Source of the DNA: Carcharhinus amblyrhynchos
Lineage: Eukaryota
NCBI GenBank assembly: GCA_965287045.1
Contig: OZ336879.1
Span: forward strand, 66,712,001-66,776,000
DNA length: 64,000 nucleotides
Direction: 5' to 3'
The stretch's first letter is position 1. The number at the start of each line of letters is the position of its first letter. The notes under the pieces were generated by a model that saw nothing but the letters and a program-made list of their open reading frames with translations, searched no databases and had not been told where the DNA came from. Below, one piece after another: positions 37,661-48,804 of this stretch. The position numbers and the translations under genes were made by a program.

Positions 37661-38356
37661 ACATTAACCAGCAGTATTATAAACATGCAACCTCTCAACT
37701 CCACTCACCAGTATTTTCCGATCTTTGTTATTCCTAATCTTCACTCATACTGATACCAACCATATGTCACAACTCCCATTAAGATACACAGGATTTTTCT
37801 GCACAAAGTATCTCATTGAAATGGTGTTCACATTTAGTTAAGTACCTGAAATATCCAATGTACAGTTGACTGCATTGCTAAACAAAAAAACAACTCAATT
37901 AGGTTCTACTAACACATCAAAGTGCTGATTTTACAAAATTCCATTCCTGCTTTTGAGCCTGGGCTGTTGGGAGTGTTTCTCGTAAATTTAAGCAAGCTTC
38001 CCGTATGCATTGATGGTGAATGTGAATCCCCACCAGAATTACAATTACGCAAAATGATTCCTTAAATTACAACGGTACAACAGGATTTCCGCTCAATGAG
38101 CTTAATACGTCACATACCAAAAAAAATCTTGATTCATTACAGCATCAGTCAACCCCGTGTTTACGGTCTGTGGTGTAGGTGTGTGCAATACATTTGCCTT
38201 ACGTTGGAATAATTGAAATATTGGAACAACAGAACTGACATTATCACCTTTCTGACTGACCCTGCAGTGTAATATATCTGAGTGGCAATGAAACTGCTGC
38301 TGCTTGCATGCCTGTACATTAAATATTTGACCTTCCACTATAATGCTCATTAAACT

Positions 38357-39170
38357 AGAACATAGAACATAGAAAAACTACAGCATAATACAGGTCCTTC
38401 GGCCCAAAAAGTTGTGCTGATCATGTCCCTACCTTAGGGATTACTAGGCTTACTTATAGCCCTCTACCTTAGTAAGTTTCACTTATCTAAAAGTCTCTTA
38501 AAAGACCCGATCGAATCCATCTCCACCACCATTGCCGGCAGCCCATTCCACACACCCCCCATTCTGACTGAAAAACTTACCTCTGACATCTCCTCTGTAC
38601 TTACTCCCCAGCACCTTAAACCTGTGTCATCTTGTGGCAACCTTTCAGCCCTGGGAAAAAGCCTCTGACAATCCACTTGATCAACACCTCTGAACATCTT
38701 ATACACCTCTATCAGGTCACCCCTCATCCTTCGTCTCTCCAAGGAGAAAAGGCCGAGCTCCCTCAACCTATCCTCATAAGGCATGCTCCCCAATCCAGGC
38801 AACATCCTTATAAATCTCCTCTGCACCCTTTCTATGGCTTCCATATCCTTCCTGTAATGAGGCGACCAGAACTGAGCACAGTACTCCAAATGGGGTCTGA
38901 CCAGGGTCCTATATAGCTGCAACATTATCTCTCGACTCCTAAACTCAATTCCTTGATTGATGAAGGCCCATACATCATACGCCTCCTTAACCACAGCTTC
39001 AACTTGCACAGCTGCTTTAAGTGTCCTATGAACTCAGATCCCAAGACCCTTCTGATCTTCCACACTGCCAAGAGTCCTACCATTAATAGTATATTCTGCC
39101 ATTCTATCTGACCTGCCAAAATGAACCATTTCACACTTATCTGGGTTGAACTCCATCTACCACTTCTCCG
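38357..39170 (-). mobile_element. Relatively young CR1 (HER1-like) LINE 3' fragment
   Basis: ORF 38479..39009 (LYRTLVRPHLEYCAQFWSPHYRKD...LFSLERRRMRGDLIEVYK). (agaacat)n tail. Confidence 0.92.
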
Positions 39171-39921
39171 CGTCCTAACTACATTCATAGTCTAATTTGC
39201 TGGCAATACAGTAGGTTCAAGGAGGGCATTATCAGGTACGTTAAAAGTACAGATGCTGGTTGCATCTGTTGCTTTGCCACTTCTGAAGGGGGAAGAAATG
39301 GCAGCAACAGGACTGTAATATTTATTGCTAGAGCATTGGAGCTGATTGTTGCAAATACTGCAAAGATGTGTGATCTTTATGGGACTGAGGGCCCCACCTC
39401 CAGTGAAGAGCAATGCCAGATTGGCCTGGATGGGAGTTTCAGAGAGTCAGTGCTTTCTTCATTTGTGCCTTAAACCTGGGAGTGGATGAGGGAGAATGTT
39501 GTTGCTCCCTGGAAGGTCAGCAGCCCCACTCCTCTGACTGTACTGTGTATACAGTACTACACTTCAAAAGCATTTCACTGGGAATGAAGTATTTGTGGGT
39601 GTCTTTAGATTGTGAGAAGTGCTACAAAAATTAAAGTCGCTCTTTTTATATGCCCAAGTAAGCACTGCTTTGAAATACATAGTCTGAGTAACTACTGTCC
39701 AACACCTCATTCAGAGAAAGACACAGATATCTGAGTCCTCCCCATCTCCCTTCCTCCTTTTGCCTCGGGACATTTTAGATCTGAGAGGCATGTGTAAAGT
39801 GGGGGAGTTAGGCCCTTGGAGACTTATGCATACAAGAGTGGGGTGAGGGGGGGAGGGGTATGTTCAGGCCTTCGAAAGGTGGATGTGCATCAGAGTGGTG
39901 GGAGGACCTCCGAGAGGCAAG

Positions 39922-39985
39922 GATGAGAGAGAGGGTGAGTGTGTGTGTGAGAGAGAGGAGTGAGTGTGTGAGAGAGATGTGCATG
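39922..39985. repeat. Compound (GA)n/(GT)n microsatellite
   Basis: gagagagagggtgagtgtgtgtgtgagagagaggagtgagtgtgtgagagagatgtg. Confidence 0.8.
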
Positions 39986-39994
39986 TGTTTGTGC

Positions 39995-40287
39995 TTGTGG
40001 TTCACACTGCTGCCTTACAGTGCCAGGGACCCAGGTTTGATTCCTGGCTTGGATGACTGGGTTGAGTTTGCACATTTTCCCCGTGTCTATGTGGGTTTCC
40101 TGCAGGTGAGCCAGTTTCCTCCCACAGTCCAAAAATGTGTGGGTTAGGTTGATTGGCCACGATAAATTGCTCCTTAGAGTTAGGGGGAATGTCAGGGGAG
40201 GACTAGAAGAGCAAATATGTGAGGTTATGGGGATAGGTCCAAGGTGGGATTGTTGTCACATTGATGGGCCGAAGGGCCTCCTGCACT
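39995..40287 (+). mobile_element. HE1/V-SINE-like element
   Basis: cactgctgccttacagtgccagggacccagg...gatgggccgaagggcctcctgcact. Confidence 0.8.
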
Positions 40288-40474
40288 TTTTTTGTGTGTG
40301 TTGGGCAGGGGAGGGGGTGGTGAGGAATGTGTAAGGTGTGTATGTGTGTATTTGTTTTTTTTAAGGGGTATTGGGAGGATGGTTTGCAACAGGTTAATAT
40401 GAGCAGGCCATGTTGCTGGCGAATACATTTGTGACTGCGTGTGAATCCCTAATTCTGAATATTTGCATATATTT

Positions 40475-41310
40475 TCAAGTTTACTGATGACACCACCGAA
40501 GTGAGTTGGATCTCAAACAATGACGAGACAGAGTACAGGAATAAGATAGAGAATCTGATGAGCTGATGCGGCAACAATAATCTCACCCTCAATGTCAACA
40601 AAACGAAAGAGATTGTTATCGACGTTAGGAAGCATAAAGGAGAACATGCCCCTGTCTACATCAGTGGGGGTGAAATAGAAAGGGCCAAGAACTTCAAATT
40701 TTTAGGTGTCCAGATCAGCAACAACCTGTCCTGATCCCCCCATGCCAACACTATAGTTAAGAAAACCCACCAACGCCTCGACTTTCTAAGAAGACTAAGG
40801 AAATTTGACATGTCAGCTATGACTCTCACCAACTTTTACAGAAGCACCATAGAAAGCATTCTTTCTGGTTGTATCACAGCTTGGTATGGCTCCTGCTCTG
40901 CCCAAGTCTGCAAGGTACTACAAAAGGTCATGAATGTAGCCCAATCAATCACGTAAACCAGCCTCCCATCCATTGACTCTATCTATACTTCCCGCTGCCT
41001 TGGCAAGGCAGCCAGCATAATTAAGGACCCCACGCACCCCGGATATTCTCTCTTCCACCTTCTTCCATTGGAAAAAGAATACAAAAGTCTGAGGTCACGT
41101 ACCTACAGACTCAAGAACAGCTTCTTCCCTGCAGCTGGCAGACATTTGAATGGACTTATCTTGCATTAAGTTGATCTTTCTCTGGCTCTGACTGTAACAC
41201 TGCATTCCACACTCTCTCCTTTATGAATGATATACTTTGTATAGCGTGCAAGAAACAATAGTTTTCATTGTATGCTAATATATATGACAATAATAAATCA
41301 AAATCAAAAA
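40475..41310 (+). mobile_element. Rex1/Babar-clade LINE 3' fragment
   Basis: Begins ttcaagtttactgatgacaccacc (F[A/T]DDT RT motif), matches 28199-29000 in reverse, ends aataaatcaaaatcaaa. Confidence 0.88.
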
Positions 41311-41974
41311 ATAAATAGAGCTAGAAAGGACTAGTATACAATTGGTTTCTGCGTTCATGCCTATTTTGCAGCAAAAAGAAGTGTCACCATTATGTGAGCA
41401 CTCAGGGTTCCCCGATGATCTATTGAGATTACCCGGGTTCCATGGCTCAAAGGGTTTGGGAACCCTGCTGTAACGTATCAAGATGTTTCTTTCAGTATGG
41501 GGCATATTAAGGTTGTTGAGTGGAAGTCCTGTTGCACCTTTGCAGTTTAAGGAATCATTTTGCATAGTTGTACTCCTGATGGGGATTCACATTCAACATG
41601 AATACATTTTGGAAACTTGTTTAAATTTACAAGAAGCACTTCCAACAGCCCAGGCTCAATGTCAGGAATGCAATTTTGTAAAATCAGCACTTTGATGTAT
41701 TGGTAGAGCCTAATTGAGTTGCTCCTTTGTTTGGCAGAGTATTTGTTACCTATGCAGACTACCATACAGAGGACATTTCAGGTACTTAACTAAATGTGTA
41801 CACTATTTCAATGAGATACTTTGTACAGAAAAGTCTTGTGTGTTTTAATGGGAATTGTGATGTATGGTTGATATCAGGAGAGATTAGGAATAACAAAGAT
41901 TGGAAAACATTGGTGGGTGTAGTTGATAGGCCTTCAAATGGTTATACTGATGGACAAAATATTAAATAAGAACA

Positions 41975-43975
41975 ATTTAAATCTGTAACAAAGGCAACAT
42001 AAGAATCATGGGGGACTTTAATCTTCATATAGACTGAACAAATCAAATTGACAAAGGCAGTCCGGATGCGATAAGTTTGTAGAATGTTTGCCCAGCAATT
42101 TCCTGGAACACAAGGCTGTACAATCAATTAGAGACACAACTATTTTAGATCTGGTACTCTGCAATGACAGTAAGAAGTCTCACAACACCAGGTTAAAGTC
42201 CAATAGGTTTATTTGGTAACACAAGCTCTGACTGTAACACTGTATTCCACACTCTCTCCTTTATGAATGATATACTTTGACAGTAAATCACTGTGCAGCC
42301 ACCTCTGAAGGCTAGCTTCCAAAGTGCTGCTCCTTCATCAGGTAAGTCTGCTTCATCAGGTGACTGATGAAGGGGTAGCGCTCTGAAAGCTAGTGATTGT
42401 GCTACCAAATAAACCTGTTGGACTTTAACGTGGTGTTGTGAGTCTTCTTACTGTGTTTACCCCAGTCCGACACCGGCATCTCCACATCATTCTGCAATGA
42501 GGCAGGGTTAATCAGAAATCTAAGTAAAAGATCCTCTGGGCAAAAGTAATCATAATATGGTTGAATTCCATTATAAGTCTGAGAATATACTTGGGTCCAA
42601 AACAAGAATCTTAAACTTAAAGCAATTTACATAGGTGTAGGGAAACAGTTGGCTATGGTTTTTTGGTTCAGTAAACGAAGAAGTATGGCATTAAGCAAGA
42701 AGTGAGAAACTTTTAAGGAAGTGCTAGCGAGAAAGAGAGAGGTTGGTGAGAAGGGGACATTTACCATGTTGTTAAAATAAGGGATAGCTCATTTAAGACA
42801 TGTGATGGATTTTGTTGCCCCCACCCAGAGTACATTCAGTGTCCTAAATACCGTCAGTGTTTTCAATATGGGGAGCACTGATACATCAGCTGAGAGGGGT
42901 GGTAGGTGATAATAAGCAGGAGTTTCCCTTTCCCATGTTTGACCTGATGAAAGGAGACATCATGGGGTCCAGTGTCAATGTGAAGACTCTGAGGATCACT
43001 TTCTGTAGACAGTAAATCACTGTGCAGCCACCTCAGATGGGTCTGTCCTGCCAATAGGATAGGACACACCTAGGAATGGTGAGGAAGGAATCTGTAATAT
43101 TGGCTGTAATGTATCAAAGGAGGGAGACAAAATCAGGGAACTCTGGACCAGTTCACATGACATCAGTTATCAGAAAAATGTTGGAATATGTTATTAAAGA
43201 AGTCTTAACAATTCACTTTGAAAACCACACTGTGATCAGACAAAGTCAACTTGATGTTCTGAGAGAAGTTTTTTGAGTTTTCTAATTAATAAGGTAGATA
43301 AAGGGGAGACAATAGATGTATACTTGGATTTCCAAAAGCCATTCAAAAAGTGACTCATACATAAGGTGCACAAGATAAGGCCTCATGGCATTGGGTTAAT
43401 ACATTAGCATGCATGGAGGATTGCTGAATGGACAGGGAGCAGAGTTGGAATAAATGGGACATTTTCAAGTTGGCAGGCTGTAATCAGTGGAGTGCATAAG
43501 GATCAGTGGTGGGACTCCAGCTAATTACCATCTATGTGAATGACTCAGAATAATGTAGGAAATGTATACTATGAGAGAACACCAAGAGTCTGCAAGGAGA
43601 TTTTGATTGGTTAAGTGAGTGGGCAACGAGGTGGTAGGTGGATTATAATGACAGGGTGGCATGAAGTATTAAGAATACCAAGCAGAACATTTTCAAAAAG
43701 ACATGAAACTTCTAAATGTTGATATTAAGAGAGAGACTTGGGTATACTCATATAATATAGATATGTAGATACAGCAAACAGTTTGGGAGGCAGATGGACT
43801 ACTGGCCTTTATTGCAAGGGCATTGGAGCATTTCATTCTTTATTCCCACACTACAGAGTACAGAATTGGCTGTACATTTTTTAGGAATTCTTGCTGCAAT
43901 TGTACAGGGATTTGGTGTGGTCACAGCCAGAAAACTGTTTGCATTTTGAACTTCATATCTATGAGTTGGAGGCGG
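41975..43975 (+). mobile_element. Old fragmented CR1 LINE with Penelope and L2 fragments inside
   Basis: Endonuclease-like IMGDFNL (atcatgggggactttaatctt) near 42005. RT-like YLDFQK and LYRDLV fragments at 43320-43970. Confidence 0.7.
42168..42490. mobile_element. Palindromic Penelope-like insertion with perfect 10 bp TSD and two opposed hammerhead-type motifs
   Basis: TSD tctgcaatga at 42158-42167 and 42491-42500. Left arm cagtaagaagtctcacaacaccagg is inverted relative to right arm ggtgttgtgagtcttcttactg. + strand CTGATGA-A-GGGGT(agc)GCTCT-GAAA-GCTA-GTG at 42364-42395. Confidence 0.85.
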
Positions 43976-44299
43976 CACAGTGTTTAAGTGCAAGTTTGTG
44001 TAAGATACAACAAATACCAGTTATTTTGAACTCCTTGGCTTGGCTTTACTGTATGCACCATCTGATTCGATGTTTCCTCTTCCATAACTAGTAGGTAGAA
44101 TGGTGTGATTGTTAGGGTCGTCAGAAGCCTGACTTAGTCAAAGCTCAATTGCATTTCTCCTGTTAAATGGCCACAGATCATTTGAACTGCTGCAGTTGTT
44201 ACCTCAATAACGCTGTGAAAGACAATGAAATTGTTTTATCCTCATCAGATTCACTTCCACATTGGAAAAAGGCAAAAATCCACTCTGTGGCCCATCATT

Positions 44300-44905
44300 C
44301 TTTCAAGCTGGTCATGGATACATTGTACCAGAGCATAGGCTGATACATACACTTCCATACAGCAGGCCTGTCAGGCCAAGAGGCATGCACATGCCATCAG
44401 GCTCCTTTGTTAATAGAAGAGCTTCCAACCACTGAATGTACAGATAGTATCCATCCATCAGAAAAGGATCTTGCAGGTGTGTGCAAGATTTCCTGGAAGC
44501 TGCTGTGACATGTTCATCCTGAGACAGTCCCAAGTGCCTCAGCTTTTCAGGTCTCATGAACCCCACTGCGAATGAAGACCAAGTGATAAAAGCTATGATT
44601 TGAAGACATGGTTCACATCGCCTGTATGGAAGCCCAACACAGAAGCAGAGGACACCAACAGCCATTGCTGAATGACCACAAAGACAATCATTAAAACAGT
44701 GATGCATCAGCTGAAAGTGAGGTTCAGGTGCCTGGATTGATCTGGAGGGGATCTGCAATATGCACCATCAAGGGTTTCCTGCGTCATACTGGGATGTGGT
44801 TCTCTGCACAAGCTGGTGCTCCAGAGGGGAAGAGCCTTGGAGAATGAGAATCTCCTCGGTATCCATCCACCCCCTCCAAGAAGGAGGATTTGGAAGAGGC
44901 TTGAG
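44300..44905 (+). pseudogene. Harbinger (HARBI1-like DDE) transposase remnant
   Basis: Reads LNVQIV...[21 protein letters not shown]...DKSYDLKTWF...LKVRFRCLD*SGGDLQYAPSRVS...LHKL with stops and frameshifts. The element probably continues to about 47385. Confidence 0.8.
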
Positions 44906-45394
44906 ACCAGGAAGCTTTTAATGGAAATACACTCTAAGAGCCAACACTAATAGGCTTCTTCAAAGATGACAGGGAAACACAATAATCAATCACAGGAACA
45001 TGTTTCTCTTGGGAAAATCTTAAACATTACGCCACCACTTGATGATGACAGCCCTGTTGCTGAGATATATATCATAGAAAGCAGTCTATTTAAGCACTTC
45101 AATTTTTAATCAAATCATGTAGTTATTTATGAGCCTGTAAAAGTGACTAAACTTCATCCATCAATGTTCAATAGATATTGAATGCAGACTTGCATGTATT
45201 GGATTCATATAGTATTTACATACTGAAGTCTGGTGAGGAATTCCTTTACCTGAAGTGCTTGAGAACCAGCCAAGGTGACTGGGCATCTCAGGCCCATTTT
45301 GCTTGTCCATTGCTCTACAGAGGTCATTGATAAGGCAATAGTATGTAGGCCCTGCATTTACTGGGTGGTTTGTGACATGTTCCGTCCCATGAGC

Positions 45395-46025
45395 CATGAG
45401 CGTACGGTGTGTTAGCTTTTATTGGTAGAGGGATTGAATTTCGGAGCCGTGAGGTCATGTTGCAAATGTACAAAACTCTGGTGCGGCCGCACTTGGAGTA
45501 TTGCACACAGTTCTGGTCGCCGCATTATAAGAAAGATGTGGCGGCATTGGAAAGGGTGCAGAGGAGGTTTACCAGGATGTTGCCTGGTATCGTGGGAAGG
45601 TCTTATGAGGAAAGGCTGAGGGACTTGAGGTTATTTTCATTAGAGAGAAGAAGGTTACGAGGTGACCTAATTGAGGCATACAAGACGATCAAAGGATTGG
45701 ATAGGGTGGACAGTGAGAGCCTTTTACCTCGGATGGTGATGGCTGACACAAGGGGACATAGCTTTAAATTAAGTGGTGGTAATTATAGGATGGATGTCAG
45801 AGGTAGGCTCTTTACTCAGAGGGTAGTAAGGGCATGGAATGCCCTGCCTGCAGCAGTTGTGGACTCCCCAACTTTAAGGGCGTTCAAATGGTCAGTGGAT
45901 AGGCATATGGATAACATTGGAATAGTTTAGGTTACAGGGTCAATTAGATTGGTTCCACTGGCCAGCGCAACATCGAGGGCCGAAGGGCCTGTACTGCACT
46001 GTAATGTTCTGTGTTCTACGTTCTA
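45395..46025 (+). mobile_element. Young CR1 (HER1-like) LINE 3' fragment
   Basis: Uninterrupted 173 aa ORF 45409..45930 (LVRPHLEYCTQFWSPHYKKD...FTQRVVRAWNALP), many CpGs retained, gttct repeat tail. Confidence 0.93.
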
Positions 46026-47494
46026 AGAGAATCACCACTGTCTAAATGGAGGAGGCCATGCACTGAAACTCCAGAGACATGGCATAAGTGGACTCCTCCA
46101 TTGTCTACATATGGGGGTGACCAGCCTGTCGGAACTTTGACTGTCCAACATCAGCCGCTTTGCTGATGGCTCCTGAAGTTCACTATCTGCAATGAAGCTG
46201 ATCATTGCTCAGGCCTTCCTCACTCCTCTGATAGAGAGTGACCATATCTATCATTGCCTGCACCAGCTGCTCATGTGCTTCTGTGCCAAGCTTATCAGCT
46301 GGGTGCCACTCTTTTTAACGGCATTCAATGCACACTGATGTGCAAGTATCTCCTTTAGTGGAGAGTGAGCTAGAATGGTATTTCAATGTCTTTTCAGATC
46401 GCTGCCCCTCATCTGAGGACTCCTCTGCTATCACTGCCTCATCTGCTACATGAGCTGCGAGAGAGATGAGTGATGTCAGGACGCTGTGCTTTCCACCAAC
46501 ATCTGTCTGTCATGCCTCTGGAGCTCCCTGAGCTCATCACTGGTCACACGATGCTCCATAATTAGTGCTTGTCAGACAATGTCATGGCCACTACCATGAA
46601 GTTAATCACTCTCTATGAACTTCATACCCACCTCACCCTCAGCAATAGACAGCCCTCCTGAAACCCTTCCTTGCACTATTGCCTCCTCCTCCACTGACAT
46701 CAATCCAGCAGCAAAGGCAATCTGCCTCCAATTCCCCTTGTTGTTCCCTGACGCTGTGATCTCATTTCTCCTGAAAACACAGACATGCACAGTGTCATTT
46801 GTCTCCCAAAGCCCAGTTATGTTTCCCACTCTGTGTCAGCTTTGATGTCCAGCATTGCACCACTCAGCAATTAGCTGCAAGCAACCATTCTGTACAGGCA
46901 ATGCAAAAATCAACTCTGGCTGAGCAGGGGCCTCTGCTGTGAAGGTATTGAACATCTCATTGTGAACATTGGAGCTTGGTCGTGCCAAATATCTGGATTG
47001 GCAACTACTTCTCATATTTCGTTGTTGCTTTTCCTGACATCCAGAGCTGTGAATTTGGTATCACAAATTCTCTTTCTCTGTGTCTTTGCCACTTGGAGGA
47101 ACACCTCTTGGGATGCATCATTATACCTGGGAGCCACGCTTTCTTTAACTTTAGCTATTACTCTCCCTTTCATCTGCTTTTCTCCATGATACCTTTAAAC
47201 CAAAGGTTTAAAAAGGCCACCTTCTTGTCTGCCATAGGTTGTTGGGTTGCGTCATGCCTAGCAACTACTAATTGGATGTGAGAAGCAAACTCTGTTTCCA
47301 TGTCCTGCTTCCTGTTCATGCAGCAATGATCCTGATTTGAGCCTTGATGTTGGGATTTTCCCTGATGTGATCAAATTTAGCCCAATAGTTCAGTACTAAA
47401 AATGGATGAAAAATATCCTAGTAACTTTATTTGCAGTATTCCTCAATTCCTTAATGAGCCCAAAGTTCAAACTGGTTCCCAGTTTTAAGCAAAA

Positions 47495-48237
47495 TCTAGC
47501 AGATTGAGCATAATGTGGGAAAATATGACTTCCTTAACTTCAACAGGAAGAATTAAAAAGTAGAGTGTTACTTAAACGGAGGGCTACTGCAGAATTCTGA
47601 GGTGCAGAGGGATCTAGGTGTTCCAGTACATGAGTCACAAGAAGTTAGTATGCAGGTATAACATGTAATCAAGAAGGGTAATGGAATGCTGTTTATTTTG
47701 AGAGGAATTGAACATAAAAGTAAGGATAATTAAACAACTCAGGAGGAGGAGGCTCCACAAATATCCCCATCCTCAATGATGGAGGACCCCAGCACAACAG
47801 TGCAAAAGATAAAGCTGAATCATTCATAATAATCTTCACCCTGTAGTGGGTGATCCATCTGGGCCTCCCCTGAAGGTCCCCAGCGTCACAGGTGTCAGAC
47901 TTCAGCCAGTTCAATTCATTCCATGTGATATCAAGAAATGTTATGCTTTAGTTATGCAGGGCAATGGTGAGACCACATCTCAAATATTGTGTGCAGTTTT
48001 GGTCTCCTTATGTAAAGAAGGATGTAAATGCATTGGATGTAGTTCAGAAGCTTACCAGATTGATACCTGAAATGAGTGGGTTATTTTACGAGGATAGGTT
48101 GAACAGATTGGGCTTATTTCCACTGGAGTTTAGAAGAGTGACGGGTGATTCAACTGAATATGGAAGATCCTGAATAGTCTTGGCAAGGTGGACGTGGAAA
48201 GGATGTTTCCTCTTGTGGGTAAGTCCAGAACTAAGGA
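47495..48237 (+). mobile_element. CR1 fragment interrupted by an internal L2 piece (about 47724-47940)
   Basis: Colinear with 18600-19105 apart from the insert. MVRPHLKYCVQFWSPYVKKD (ORF 47964). Confidence 0.82.
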
Positions 48238-48804
48238 CCTTCGGGGAACAACCCACGCGATGGGCGTTAATGTAATTGCCTGCTGCATTTATAGGCACCG
48301 ACATAAATGTCAGTTGTTTAATTTGTATGTGTGAGTCCTTCATTAATTCCTTATTCATCATTTACTTCGAAAACTAACACTTGCACTCAATTTATGATTG
48401 GTTGCTTTATTAAGAATAACTGCCTTCTCAGCCCTGGGTTCATGGACAAGTCAGTCATTTTTAATATGGAGACTGGGACATTATTTATAAGTAGTAGTTT
48501 CAATGAGTGGGCTGTCATTGAAGGCTGAGCCCAAGGATGGTAATAAAATTGAGCTAAGGGCTGGGAGCAGAGTTCAAGTAAGAGCCATATATATTTCCAA
48601 GACAGAGAATGTACATCTTCTGGGTGTATGAAAATTGCCAACCACTCACGGCTTTTCTTTTCATTTTGCTCACTGCAGCACTGGAATTATGAATGTTCTC
48701 TTCACTATTCATTCAGCTGCATTTGAAATTCAAAGTCGACATATTGAAAGGTGCAGTCTAATTAGTTACTTTCTCCTGGGTGTCATCAAAATACGTCTTT
48801 TTTA

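Larger units (their letters stand above)
37690..41930. repeat. Long inverted repeat, arms about 37690-38145 and 41464-41930
   Basis: For example catcaaagtgctgattttacaaaatt vs aattttgtaaaatcagcactttgatg, and cacatttagttaagtacctgaaat vs atttcaggtacttaactaaatgtg. Colinear over about 460 bp. Confidence 0.9.

Noticed and set aside
45409-45930. 173 aa ORF as a nested host gene
   Set aside because: It is the C-terminus of a CR1 ORF2, 5' truncated, with a LINE tail.
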